DNA of 64,000 nt from Mobula hypostoma (taxonomy: Eukaryota), in assembly GCF_963921235.1 (NCBI RefSeq), contig NC_086097.1, forward strand, positions 171,370,001 through 171,434,000, in the 5' to 3' direction. A program made the translations under genes and the position numbers. Positions 1 to 13,408 of the stretch are shown here, in pieces; within the stretch, counting starts at the first letter, position 1; every line of letters starts with the position of its first letter. The notes beneath the pieces were generated by a model that was not told where the DNA came from, ran no database searches, and was given only the letters and a program-made list of their open reading frames with translations.

Positions 1-280
1 CGTTTGCTGCATCACTGAACTGTTTCCACATCCCAAGGACTCACTATCAAGGACTCTTCATCTCATGTTCTTGATATTTATTGCTTATTTATTTTTTTCT
101 TTTGTATTTGCACAGTTCGTTGTCTTTTACATATTGTTTGTCTGTCCCGTTGGGTGTGGTCTTTCACTTTGTGTCTGTTAGATTTATTGTGTATGCCTGC
201 AAGAAAATTAATTTCAGGGTTGTATATGGTGATATATATGCACTGTAAATACTTTGATAATAAATTTACTCTGAACTTTT
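1..280 (+). mobile_element. Rex1/Babar-type LINE 3' UTR fragment
   Basis: Colinear with 18850-19130, ending gataataaatttactctgaacttt. Confidence 0.75.
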
Positions 281-1134
281 CTCTGTTGCTCCCCAAGACG
301 CTGGAATTTGATGTTCTCAGTGGTTTTCCTGTCTCTCCGGCTTCATCTCGGCTACAGTGTAATAAGCCTTCACCTGTACTCCTAAACCTGAGGTGACCTG
401 TATCTTCAGAAGCTCTCATCACCTCCATGTAACTGTAAGGAAGCCAGCTCATCCTGAGCCAGATTCTGACCGTGGGAAGCGTACTTGTTCCTGAGGGGTT
501 TTGATAGTGTGGATGTGGAGAAGATGTAGATATGAATAAGAAGCATTTGTTCCCTTGAACGTGTTCCATCATTTAATGACTGACCTAACTGCAACCTCAA
601 CACTATATTTCAGTCTACCTGTGGTGAATTTTCATGCAACAAGCTATCTCTAACTTAAATTATTCACAAATTGTTACCAACATCAGTAGTAAGGAATGAA
701 AAAAATTAATGCAATTATGTGGGTCCCCTGGAATCAGAAATATACTTGTAACTGAAATGACAGAATAATTAAACAAATATTTTTGTTTAGTTTTCAAATA
801 ATTGTTAAGGGACCAGAATCAAGAATCACCATCATGTATAATATCACCAGCATATGTTGTGAAATTTGTAAACGATGTGACAGCAGTACAATGCAATAGA
901 TGATACTATAGAAAAAAACTGTGATTTATGTCCATTTAGGAATCATATGGCAGAGGGGAAGAAGCTGTTCCTGAATTGCTGAGTATGTGCCTTCAGGCTT
1001 CTGTACCTCCTTCCTGACGGCAGCAATGAGAAGAAGGCACCAGGGATCTAATGGGGAGAAGGTGATTGGAGGAGTTGTGAACAGTATTAGCGAATATTGT
1101 GGGATATAGAACCCTTATAGATTTGGGAAGAGAA

Positions 1135-2390
1135 GACCACAAGACCATTAAACATAGGGGGCAGAATAAGGCCATTTGACCCATTGATTCTGCTCTTCCT
1201 TTTGATCATGGCTGATATATTTTCCCTCTTAACCTCATTCTCCTGCCTTCTCCTCATCATTAGAAATCAAGAAATTGTCAACCACTGCTTTAAATGTACA
1301 CAATGACTTATCCTCCACAGCCATCTGTGACAATAATTTCCACAGCTTCACCACTCTCTGGCTAAATAAATTCCTCCTCATCTCCGTTCTAAAGGGATGA
1401 ACTATTCTGAGGCTGAGTCTGCTGAATAACTCAAATGGCAGAAGAGTTCAATCTGAACAAGTGAGAGCTGTTGCACTTTGGTGTTGGTGGGGGGGTGGGG
1501 GAGGTGTCAAATAAAAGGAGGGAGTATGCAGTTACTGTTAGACCTCATGATATTGAGGTACAGAATGATCCTGGGGACCAGATCCATAGTTCACTGAAAG
1601 TAGCTACCCAGATTGTTAAGGTGGTCAGGAAGGCATGTTTGCCTTCATTGGTAAGGGTGCTGAGTAGAAGAGTAAGGATGTAATGCTGCAGGTATACAAT
1701 TTTTTAATCAGGCCATATTTAGAGTATTATGTGCAGTCCTGAAGAAGGGTCTTGGCCCAAAACATTAACTGTTAATATATTTCCATGGATGTTCTGTGAC
1801 CTTCTGAGTTCCTTCAGCATCTTGTGTGTGTTGCTCTGAATTTTCAGTAGCTGCAGAATCTCTCGCGTGTATTATGTGCAGTTCTGGTTGTCCCATTATA
1901 GAAGGATGTGGAGACTATGCTGAGGGTACAGAAGAGTTTTACCAGGATGTTGCCAGATTAGAGTGTATCAAATACAAGGAAAATGGACAAACATGGGTTA
2001 TTTTCTCCGGAGCAGTAGAAGCAGAGGGGAGACCTGATAGAGGTTTCTAAAATTATGAGAAGTAAAGGTAGGTTTTCTCCAGGGCTGAAATACCAAACAG
2101 CTGAAGAAATGCCCCTAAGGTTAGAGGGAGAATGTTTAAAGGTAATGTGAAGGGCGCATTTTTATTTACGCAGGGTGTGGTAGGTACTTGGAATGAGTTA
2201 CCAGGAGTAGTAGTGGAAGTAACTAGTCTGGTGGAGTTTAAGGGACCTGTAGATAGATGAATGAATATGAAGGGCATTGAGGGATATGGATGGTACACAG
2301 GAAGAGGATGTTCAGTATAAATCGGCATCAACATCAGCATATCCCTATGGGCCAAGTGGTTTGTCCTGCACTGTACTGTTCTATGTTCAA
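1135..2390. mobile_element. Cluster of old CR1 3' fragments (minus about 1135-1415, plus about 1420-2390) with a short Penelope-type repeat at about 1734-1865
   Basis: Degenerate RPHLEY/WSP/GDLIEV-type sequence and ttctatg tail. Confidence 0.65.
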
Positions 2391-2546
2391 ACTAAAGGAG
2401 ATCAGCATTATTAAGAAATTGAGATTTAAGCCAGTCAGTGACCTGTAAACACAAAATAATCTGCAGATGCTGTAAAAGATCAAAGCAACACTTTCAGTAC
2501 GCTGGATGAACTCAGCAGGTCGGGCAGCATCAGTCAGAAATGATGA

Positions 2547-2580
2547 GTCGATGTTTCAGGCCGGAACCCTTCGTCAGGAC
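2547..2580 (-). ncRNA. Minimal type I hammerhead ribozyme-like motif in a Penelope-type terminal repeat (best-preserved copy; activity doubtful)
   Basis: Minus strand reads GTC-CTGACGA-AGGGTTCCGGCCT-GAAA-CA-TC-GAC: CUGANGA and GAAA cores, stem II, UH site and GTC/GAC stem I; the stem III palindrome ACGT has decayed to ACAT. Confidence 0.65.
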
Positions 2581-2979
2581 ACTGACACTTCAGTCAGAGA
2601 CCTGCCTTGATCTTGTGAACCACAGAGTAATAAACTAGGTGCCATAGAAATAGAAGTGCTTTTATTGCTATTTTCCAGAATTTTATAGATCATGAAGTTT
2701 CTAGAAATTGAAGAGTGGCATGAAAGTCAGGAAACTATAGATTGATTAGCATAAAATGAACAGTAGGCCACATGCTGGAGGTTCCTATAAAGAATTGGAT
2801 AACAGTACACCTTCACAATATCAGTAGATGACTCAAAGTCAACATAGACTGCTGGAAAGGAAATCATGTTTGACAAACCAGTCCTTTGAGGCCGTAACTG
2901 GCACAAGAGATAAGGGAAATTTAGTGATGTGTACTTGGATTTTCAGAAAGCCTTTGATAAAATCCTGCATAAAGGAGAT

Positions 2980-3582
2980 ACAAGAGGCTGCAGATGCTGG
3001 GGATCAGAAGCAACAAATAACATGCTGAAGGAACTCAGTGGGTCAGGTAACATCAGTGGAGGGAAATGGACTGAGAACAATTCAGGTTGAGACAACTTAT
3101 CTAGCCTGAAAGATTGAGAGGAGATAGCCAATGTAAAGAAGTGAGGGAAAAGGGTATGGCAAGATCTGGCAAGTGAAGGGAGGTACTAGGCAGACGGGGG
3201 GGGGGGGAGTAGTGACAGAGGCTCGGAGGTGATAGGTGGAGGCAACAGAGGACAGCAGATGATGGAATATGATAGGAAAGGAAGATGGAGCGTGGAGGTG
3301 GTGTGGGCCAGTAGGAACAGGTAGGAGACCGAGTGGGAGGAGAGTATGTTTGATGGGCTGCTGGAGTGTGTAGTGGAGGGAACAGAAACAGGATAATGGA
3401 GACTGAAGTAGATGTAAAAGGAACTGGGTTGGTCAGAAGAAGAGAGAAAAGGTTAAGATTGGGAGCAATTTACCTGAAAATGGATATTTCAAAATTCATG
3501 CCATTGGGCTGTAGACTACCCAGGCGGAATGTGATATGCTGTTCGTCCAGTTTGCATATAGCCTCACTCTGGCAGTGGACAT
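2980..3582 (-). mobile_element. Old Penelope-like 3' fragment
   Basis: CKLDEQHITFRLGSLQPNGMNFEISIFR (ORF 3470..3676) followed by a pyrimidine-rich 3' UTR and terminal repeat. Confidence 0.75.
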
Positions 3583-4439
3583 AAATTCTTTCTGTGGTAT
3601 GGATTATTCCCATTATAAAATAACCACCAGATTCTACAGAAAATGAATAGCAACTTGACCCAGTTATTGGAGACAAACTATTTTATTTTATACACATATA
3701 TAAATAGAAATATAGGATAAAAAGAAATATATATTTCAAATTTACAGGGAACAGAATTTATTTCTTATGCAACAAAGCACTTTGTCATTGATACTCAAAA
3801 GCTAACAAATCTAAAGCACAAACATAGATGTTCTCAAATGTATACAAAATATGTTAAATAATGGAATAAATTTTTAAGTTTCTGTAGCAATGAAAATATT
3901 AATATTGCCCATACTTCTAGTAACAATTTGCATCGCCCCACTTTTACTTCTGCTTGTTGGAAGGGGTAATTACCTGGAAAAGGAGTGTCTTCTCCACCTC
4001 AGGGATCCAAACCTCACCCACTGAATGCATCCAGAATTTTCTGTTATCATTATAGATTATGGATGTTAGGTTATGTATTTAATTTTAAAAACAAATTGTC
4101 AAAATCAGGACTGAAGTGTTACAATCTCTTGATCTAGCTGATGACCATTCAGATTTGATAAATTATGCCAATGTTGTCATCAGATTTATGGGTCGAGTAT
4201 GGGCAGCAGAATTCATTGCACTTTCTGTACATTCTAAATCAACAGCAAACTAGCTAGTTAATTATAAAGCATTTGAACTTATCCATAAATCATCAAACTC
4301 TTGATCACAATAAATGTCCCCAACTCTCCTTTAAACTCCTCCTCTTGAAGGATTTCGTCACCTGGTTTTGTACTTCTATGGTAAAGTGATGATGGCACCA
4401 AACAGCAACTCCTTTGCTTGTATCTTCGGAAACAGCTTT

Positions 4440-5172
4440 ATTTCTATCTTTGATATCTTTTTTTTTCCTTTTCGAGGTTTTTTTGAAGACCCTAGCCTGG
4501 AGTTACACTCTGACTTCAGTTCTTTGCAGGAATGGGACCTGCTGTCAGGGCCTCACCACCAGCTACTTTTTTGATATCCCAAGGACGTGGCCTGGAAGAC
4601 TAGTGTGCCTTCAGTGAACTGGATTTTCATGGCTCTGGAGATGGGCTGATTCAAGGCCGGTGCCCCTGACTGAGGTGTCATGGGAGAACATGGAACATCA
4701 GGAGCAGCGGGTTAGCTGCTGTGAGTTGTTTGTCCAGAGAGCTGAGCTTTCTGGGTGCAGAGCTTGAAAAAGCGGTGCAACAGACTTTTAACGTCATCAA
4801 TCAGTGAGTTGTTTATTACGCCTGCCCTCGCGCTGTGAAACGGGGACATCTCTTTTTCCCCTATAGGGAGAGAAAGAGCCTGTGGTATGTCGAATTACCG
4901 GGTGAACGAGTAGACTTTAGGGTACTGCAAGTCTGTCTTTATTGATGCTTTGCTGCACACTTGAGTGCTTGGTGGGGGGCGCCAATGCTTTTTGTTGGTG
5001 GGGGCGGTGGTGGGGTCATTGCCTTTCTGCTGCTTGTGTATGAGAGGAAACGTTTAACTATCATTCATTCTTTGGGGCACTCCTCTGTTTTCGTGGATGT
5101 TTGCAAAGAAAAAGAATTTCAGGATGTATATTGTATACATTTCTCTGACATTAAATATACCTATTGAAACCT
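4440..5172 (+). mobile_element. Probable non-autonomous retroposon with a Rex1-like 3' tail
   Basis: GC/CpG-richer non-coding block ending aagaatttcaggatgtatattgtatacatttctctgacattaaa, resembling the Rex1 tails at 19065-19125; single copy in this window. Confidence 0.55.
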
Positions 5173-5387
5173 AAAACAGAGGAGTCGATGGACCTAGTAA
5201 AGGTTTAGTCACCTATTTTGTACATCTATGGTAAAGCTGAGAAAGCGATAAACCTAGTGAGGGTTTAGTCACCTGTTTTTTGTATGTCTATGGTAAAACA
5301 GAGGAGATGATGGACCTAGTGAGGGTTTAGTCACCTGTTTTTGTACGTCTGTAGTAAAACAGAGAAGGTGATGGACCGAGTGAGGGC
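5172..5387. repeat. Minisatellite, about 60-bp unit x about 3.5
   Basis: Repeated taaaacagaggag..gatggacctagtgagggtttagtcacctgttttttgta..tctatgg. Confidence 0.85.
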
Positions 5388-7059
5388 AAATGGAATTAGT
5401 GTAGATCTGATGAGCTGAAGGGCCTGTTTCTATGCTGAACAAATCCAAAACTCTCAGAATGAGTGTTTCCATTGTAGCTTAGTCTCAACAGGCATGATAA
5501 AATTCTTGTGAAATATGTTGGCATCTTTGACGATTCAACCTTACAAAACTATAGAAAGATGATGACCCTTTTGTGCATTGAATTGGTAGTAGCTCTGTGT
5601 AACAGGAATTCATTGATCAAATTGCCTTAAATTCTCCTTATAGTTTGACACCTTACTCAAGTACTGCCAGTCCACATTTCAAAGCTACAATTAAATTTGT
5701 CTTCACTATTATATCTACTAGCATATTCCAGATTTGAACCATGAAGAAACTTTGTCTTCCTTTTCACTTTTGGTTCTTTTGCTAGTTACATTTGTTCAAT
5801 GCCTTCTAGTTCTTGATCCACGCCACTGGTGAGAACAGCTTTTCTCTACCTGATCAGTCTATACCCTTCATTATCTTAAATACCTCCATTAGATTCTATT
5901 GCAATGTTCTTCATTTGAAGGAGAACAACTTTTCTCTATGATTAACGTACATTCTCTTGGAACATTTTTAGTAAATCTCTTCTGCACTCCTTCAAAAGTT
6001 TACAGCTTTCCCAGTGTGTTGTGCCCAGAAATGGATCCTCTCAGTCAGCTCCACCACTGCTTGTGTTCTTCTTAGTCTTAGCCTATCTCAAACATTCCTT
6101 GTTCCCTCAGTTTTTTCTCATTCTTGGCAACGTAAACTATGTTTGATTTATAACATGTCCTACAAGAACATCCATGATGAGGGACAGGGAATTATGGTGG
6201 CCCAAATGAAAGGACTCAACTTCAAACATAAACTGTCCATTTCCCTCCACAGATGCCGCTGGATCTTTAGAGTTCTTCCAGTTCTTTTGTGTGTTGCTTC
6301 AGCCTCCAGCATCTGCTGCCTTTTGTGTCCACTGTTCTAATGACGCTCAGCATTAGAGCAAGGAAGAGCATCTCACCTTTTGGCCAGATGCATCATAGTC
6401 CACTAGACTCTACACTTCAGATGATCAGCCTTTACAGTTTGTATCAGAACTGGCCAGCTCTGATGAAAGATTGTCAACCTGAAATGTAAATGATTCCCTC
6501 TGTGCGCCCTCCACAGATGGCTACTTCCAGCATTCGCCGATTTTATTTCAGGCTTCTAGTGGCTGCTGTTTTTTTGACATTGTACATACTTTCAGGTCAG
6601 AAATAGGACAACTGGTGTAAGGATAAAAGAAAGCTGAGGAGAGTCTGGAACTCTCCCTATAAACAGATGGTGAGGGCGGAAACCTTCAGACATTTAAAAA
6701 CCGTTTTGCTGAATGTAATAAATCCCAAAATGATCACAGAACTATCAGACCATGATGAACACAATGGACCAAACAGTCTCCTACTCTGCTATTAATATTT
6801 ATGACTATGATTATATGGTTAACATCTAGTACAAGCTTAAAGACCTGCTGAAGTGCTCCAGCATTTTGTGTGTGTTGCTTTGTATTTCCAGCATCTGCAG
6901 AATTTCTCATGTTTATGGTATGTTGAAAAGGAACTCCAAAGATATATGAAGACAATCAATGTTATTGCTTCTGCTGAAATTGCTACATTGTGAAATAGAT
7001 TACAATTATGGAACTAGTGGGCTGAATGACCTGTTTCTCAGCTGTGTAGCTCTATTCAC

Positions 7060-7690
7060 CGAAAGTCACGTCACAGGTAGACAAGTGGGCAAAGAAGGCT
7101 TTTGGCATACTGTCCTTCATCAGCCAAGGCAATGAGTACAGAGGTCAGAACATTATGTTGCAGTTGTACAAGATATTAGTGAGACTGCATTTGAAATATT
7201 GTGAACAGATCTGGTCACCCCGTTACAGGAAAAATGCCACCTAGTCAGAAAGAATGCAAAGGAAATTCACGAGGACTTGAGGGTCTGAGTTATGGAGAAA
7301 ACTTGAACAGATTGAGACTTTTTTCATTGGAATGAGGGGTGATCTTATGGAGGTGTTAAAATCATGAATGCACACAGTAATTGCATCAGAGTTGGGGAAT
7401 CAAGAACTAGAGGCCATAGACTGAGGGTGAGAGGGGAGAGATTTAATAAGAACTTGTGGGGTAAACTTTTCACCCCAAGGGTAGTCAGTATCAGAATGAG
7501 CTGCCAGAGGAAGTGGTCGAGGGAGGTACACTTACAACATTAATGTGTTTAAACAGCGACATAGATAAGAAAGATTTAGAGAGATAGCCCAAAAGCAGGC
7601 AAATGAAACCAGCTTAGTTGGGAATACTGGTTGGCATGGAACCGTTGAGCCGAAGGACCCGTTTCTGTGCCTTACGACTCTACAACTATA
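7060..7690 (+). mobile_element. Old CR1 3' fragment
   Basis: Degenerate MLQLYKxLVRLHLKYCEQIWSP and SRTRGH; homologous to 17361-17960. Confidence 0.7.
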
Positions 7691-8779
7691 ATCCAACTGT
7701 CACCTCTGGTTAGAAGAAATTGATCTAAACGATAACACTTACCGGGGCTATACACAGAAAAAAATATCTATAGTGTGCAAGTAGCTTTCTGTAATGTAGA
7801 GGTTAAATCCATAGAGATGGTACTCAGTATAAACAGGAGGCTGATAAATTTATCATAATGGAATACAAAATGTGGTTTTAGATAATGGTATAATGGATAA
7901 GCTGTGTACAATCTGACAGATGAAGATCTTTTCTAGCTCATCCCCAAACACTGCAAACAGTGGGGTTCAACTGTATGCAAAATGCCACCTTGGAACTGTG
8001 CAAAGATAGAAATAACTGCACAATTTTCTTTCTATTCATCTATTAGTTCAATTTCTGCAGATACAATTGAAGTGATTGTTGGAAATATTTCCACTGACAG
8101 CACTTACTGTATAAATGTTGGTTTAGGGATTCCTTGCCCAGTGGCGCCCTCGATAAATATAAAAAGCGGCAGCTTAATAAAATCTTCATCTTAAATTGTA
8201 TGAGCAAGTTTACAGTTATTCCCAGCAACCGTACCTTGCAATAGGAATAAAGAGAAAGTTCAACGCTATATTACTACTAAGCTGGTATTCATCGGCTGGG
8301 GAGGAATAATTTATTTAAACAATGGCAGTTAAAATTGATACACACGGGGAAAAAAATCTCCAGTTTACAAATGTGTGTGTGTATATATATATATAAACTA
8401 ATTGCATTCTTCTCATGCTAACCAAAGATGAAGAAAAGAGTTGTATTTATATAGTGCCCTTCACAAACTCAGGATATACTGAAGTGCTCCATATTTGGAG
8501 GTTGTCACTGTGATATTGAAGGAAACAATAAACAGGGGCATCTGCATTTCACCAGCCCACATATGGATCCACCTATTGCCTGCCAACTCTTCCCTCTACC
8601 TCTTTATACTGGTTCCCTCTCCTCATCTTTTCAGACTAGATGTAGGGTCTCAACTGTAACCGCTGATTGTCGAATTCCCTCCACAGATGCCACCTGATCC
8701 ATTGAAATTCTCCAGTGTTTTCTGTGTTGTTCCAGATTCTAGCATCTGTAGCTTCTTGTGTCTCCACTCAGCTCTAGGT

Positions 8780-10281
8780 GTCTGCTAAATCATGGTTGAT
8801 AAAGACATACAGCCACAACAATAACCTCTCACTCAATGTCAGCAAGACCAATGAGCTGATTATTGACTTCAGGAGGAGAAAACTGGAGGTCCATGAGCCA
8901 GTCCTCATTGGGAGATCAGAGGTGGAGAGGGTCAACAATGTTAAATTCCTTGATGTTATCATTTCAGAGGATCTGTCCTGGATCCAGCCCTCCGGTGAAA
9001 AATGATATCGTATCAGTTAAATAGGCGCCATGGACAATTCTAATTTGATGGAGAGGGATGTGAAAGCACAGAGGAACATCTGGAAAAATTTCTGAAACGC
9101 TCATTCGCTGCTGTCATTACTGCGCAGTTGGGAATCTTTCGGAGGGAAGGCCTCAAAATCCCCGGCTTTGCCTGCTGTTGGCGACCAAGAAGGAGGTCGA
9201 ATCGTTCAGATAGAGATGGTGCTCAGTACTCGGTGTCGGAGAGCTGATCAGAGCTCGAAGTTTTCGGATGACTCAGAGCCGGACCGTGGTTGGATATGGC
9301 AGGGAGAGTTTTTCTTCCTTCTCCCGTCTGTGTGAGATGTGGGACATTTGAGAGACTTTGAACTTTTGCTGTGCTCATGGACTTCTTCATCAAGTTATGG
9401 TATTGTTGCACTGTTGTAACTATATGTTATAATTATGTGGTTTTGTTAGTTTTTTCAGTCTTGGTCTGTCCTGTGTTTTGTGATATCACACCGGAGGAAA
9501 TATTGTATCATTTCTTAATGCATGCATTGCTAAATGACAATAAGAAAAGGACTGTGTGTCTTCATAATCTAATCTAAATCTAAGTGCCATTACGAAGGAA
9601 GTACAACAGTGCCTCTAGTTCCTTAGAAGTTTGCAAACATTCAGCATGACTTCTTAAACTTTGACAAACTTCGAGAAGTGAGATTATATTGACTGGTTGC
9701 ATCACAGACTGGTATGGAAACACCAATGCCCTTGAACAGAAAATCCTACAAAAAGCAGTGGATATGAGTCAGTCAATCATGAATAAAGCCCTCCCCACTA
9801 TTGAACATATATACATAAGACGCTGTCACAGGAAAACAGCATCTATTATCAAGGACCCCCACCATCCAGGCCATGCTCTTTTCTGGCATCAGGAAGGTGG
9901 TACAGGAGCCTCAGGGCTCATACCACCAGATTCAGGAACAGTTACTACCACCTTCAATCAGGCTCTTGAACCAGAGGGGACAACTTTATTCATCTTCTCT
10001 TGCCCCATCACTGACTGTTTCTACAATCTATGGACTCACTTTCAAGGATTTTTTCATCTCATTTCTCGATATGTATTGCTTTTTAATTTTTTTCTTTCGT
10101 ATTTGCACAGTTTGTTGTATTTTTCACATTGGCTGTTTATCCGTCCTGTTGTTTGTCTGTCCTCCTGGGCACTGTCTTTCATTGGTTCTATTGTGCTTCT
10201 TAGACTTATTGTGTATGCCCACAAGAAAATGAATCACAGGGTTGTGTATGTACTTCAATAACAAATTTGCTTTGAACTTTA
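8780..10281 (+). mobile_element. Decayed Rex1/Babar-type LINE 3' part, interrupted by an insert at about 8986-9580
   Basis: LSLNVSKTNELIIDFRR...KFLDVIISEDLSW, then TGCITDWYGN...IIKDPHHPGHALF; tail aataacaaatttgctttgaacttt. Confidence 0.85.
8986..9580 (+). mobile_element. Related subfamily of the same non-autonomous retroposon, nested in a Rex1 fragment
   Basis: Shares cagaggaacatctggaaaa, ttcttcatcaa-ttatggtattg and the cataatctaatctaaat tail; the host Rex1 sequence resumes at taagtgcc. Confidence 0.8.
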
Positions 10282-11799
10282 AGCATTGAAACAGACCCTA
10301 CAGCCCATCTCACCCATGCTGATCTTTTCCTTCAGTGACACTTTTCTTATCCCATATACTTTCATATCCATCATCTCTGCCTTGAATAGACCCAGTGACT
10401 GATCTTCCATGGACCTGTTGGGTATTCACTCCTCCCTGGATGAAGAAATGAGGCCCTGACCCCTCATTCTAGACATGCCAAATTGATAGGATTTGGGTGA
10501 TAGGTGAAATATTTAAGGAGGTCCTGAGAGGGAATCTCTTCACTTAGCGGGTGATACTAGTGTGAAACAAGCTACTAGCGATGTGGAAAATGTGGACTAA
10601 TTACAACATTTAAGAGAAGTTTAGATTGATATATGGATGACAGGGGAATGGAGGGATTTGGTCCAGGTGCAGGTAGATAGGACGAGGCAAAACAATGGGC
10701 CAGCACTGACTAGATGGGCTAAAGGACTCGTTTCAGTTCTGTAGTATTCTATGTCTCTAAATTAGTGAACACATTCACCTCACGTCTCCCTTGTTGGACC
10801 CTGTAGGAAAGTTTTACATTGCGATGCAATTGCCTCACATTCTTCAAAACAATGGAAGATGAGCGAAGCCCTACCGCCCCCCACCCCGCCACATGCACCT
10901 CCAACAACCCATTCCCTCCCAAGCCTGTTCCACCATACCATGAGGTCATGACTGATCTGCACATTAACTCCATATGCTTAAAACTAAATCTATCATTCCT
11001 AAGATGAAAACTCACTGTCCATGCAGCCACAATTTCTATTTGCAGAAGAAAAATCAAAGGGTATCGCTTTAAGGTGAGAAGGGAAAGATCTAAAAGGACA
11101 CAAATTACAACTCCATAGCCTAGAGGGTTATGCATATATGGAGTGATTTGTTAGAGGAAGTAGTTGAGATAGGTACGTTGACAGCATTTAAAAGACACTC
11201 AGATAAGTGCATGGATAGGAAAGTTTTGAATGGATATGTGCCACACAAGGACAAATGGAATTAGCTTAGGTAGGCACCTTGGTCAGCATGGACCTTTTTG
11301 GGGACAGCACTGTGTCTATGCTCTTTGGTTCTATGATTCTTTAAGTGAGTTCCAAATTTCTACCATCCTGTATGTACAGACATATTTCTTGATGTTAGAA
11401 CTGAAATTAAACCAGGGAAAGCTGGAAATATTCAGCAGGTCAGGCAGCAACTATGTAGAGAGTATCAGATAAGATTAACGCCAACCTGAAACGTTAACTG
11501 AGATTCAATCTCCACAGCTGCTACCCAATTTGCTGAGTGTTCCCCACCCAGTTTGATTTTAGATTTTCACAATCTACAATTATTTTTCCCTTTGCTTATT
11601 AAGTTCTGAGCTCAGTAATTATACTCCTTAGTAGAATACTGTCATCTCAGTTCCAAAAATTCAGGCTTTCAGAGACAATTTATAAAGAAATTTAATTTCC
11701 AGGACAGTTAATGAATGAGAGAAAATTAATCTGTTGTCACACAGCTCAGCCCAAAGTCTTAAGTTAATCAACTTTTGATGCAATAAATGTTTTGGCTGA

Positions 11800-12278
11800 A
11801 TGTGGAAGCTTTAGAGAAGTCAGAGCATATTTACCAGGATGCTGCCTAGCTTTGAAAGCATGTCTTATGAGGAAAGGTCGAGAAAGCTAGGACTGTTCTC
11901 TTTGGAGCAAAGCAGGATGATAGTCAACTTAACAGAGGTGAATAAGATGATAAGAGACATAGACAGAGAGGACAGCCTGTGCCTTTTTCGTAGAGCAGTG
12001 GTGGCTAATACCAGTGAGGATCCTTTTAAGGTGAGTGGAGGGAAGTTTAGGGGAGATGTCAGAGGTAGGTTTTAACTCAGAGCGAAGCAAGTGCCTGGAA
12101 CGCACTGCCAGGGTGTTGGTAGAGGCAGATACATTAGGGACATTTAACAGACTCTTAGATAAGCACATAGAAGAAAAACAAATGGAGGATTATGAGCTTT
12201 ATATGAGGGAAGGGTTAGGTTGATCGTAGGGTAGGTTAAAAGGTCAATACAACATCAGGTACTGAAGGGCTATGTTCA
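11800..12278 (+). mobile_element. Old CR1 3' fragment
   Basis: MLPSFESMSYEERSRKLGLFSLEQ...FKVSGGKFRGDVRGRF. Confidence 0.75.
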
Positions 12279-12279
12279 T

Positions 12280-13408
12280 TTGCACAAACAGACTTCATTT
12301 CTACCAGTGCCCAGGAAGAATGTGGTAGCCAGCCTCAATGACTATCATCCAGTAGCACTTCCATCCTCTGTGATGAAATGCTTTGAGACGTTAGTGATGA
12401 AGCGTGCCAATTCCTGCCTGAAGAGCAACTTGGATCTGTTCCAATTTACCTACCATCACAACAGGTCAACAGCAGATGCCACTTCAATGGCACTCCACTC
12501 AACCCTGGAACATCTGGACAGTCAAGATGCATGCATCAGGATGCTCTTCTTTGACTACAGCTCAGCATTCAATATCATCATCCCCTCAAGACTAATCAAT
12601 AAGCTCCAAGACTTAGGCCTCAATGCAATTGGATCATCATTCTTCCCACTTGTAGACCCCAGTCGGCTCAGATTGGCAACATCATCTCCCCCACAATCTA
12701 CGTCAGCACAGGTGCACCACAAGGCCGTGTGCTTAGCCCCTATTTTACTCGCTTTACACTTATGACTGTACGGCTAAGCACAGCTCCAATGCCACATTTA
12801 AGTTTACTGATGACACTAATGTCGTGGGCCAAATCAAAGGTGGTGACAAATCAGGATATAGGAGGGAGATCGAAAATCTGGCTCAGTGATGCTACAACAG
12901 CAATCTCTTAATGTCAACAAAGCCAAAGATCTGATTATTGACCACAGGAGGGGGAAGCTGGACATCCAGGAGCCAATCCTCATAAGGGGATCTGAGTTGG
13001 AGAGGGTCAGCAACTTTAAATTACTCAGCATTATCATTTCAGAGGATCTGTCTTGGGTCCAGCATGTAATCACTAGTACAAAGAAGGCACGGCCATGCCT
13101 TTACTTTCTTAAAACTGTGTGTAGATTCAGCATGTCACCTCAAACTTTGAAAAACTTTTATAGGATGAGCAGCGGAGAGTGTAAAGACTGGTTATGTCAT
13201 GGCTTCTTATGGGAATACCAATTTTCCCGAAAGGAAATGGCTTCAAAAAGTAGTGGATACAGCCCAGTGCATCACAGGTAAAACCCTCCCCACAATTGAG
13301 CACATTTACAAGGAGCACTTTCACAGGAAAGCAGCATACATCATCAAGGACCTCCAACATCCAGGCCATGCCCTCTTCTCTTTGCTGCCATCAGGAAGGA
13401 GGTACAGA
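12280..13408 (+). mobile_element. Decayed Rex1/Babar-type LINE RT region
   Basis: LNDYHPVAL...MKCFETLV...NRSTADA...RMLFFDYSSAFNII; LNVNKAKDLIID; IIKDLQHPGHALFSLLPSGRRY; frameshifted. Confidence 0.85.

Noticed and set aside
5172..5387. Possible CRISPR-like array
   Set aside because: Whole units repeat with no unique spacers, no cas genes, vertebrate context.
9689..10261. 190-aa ORF with a hydrophobic C-terminus resembling a membrane protein (also 18402-19013 and 78-572)
   Set aside because: Read-through of Rex1 RT C-terminus into its T-rich 3' UTR, or the antisense of it; repeat-derived.
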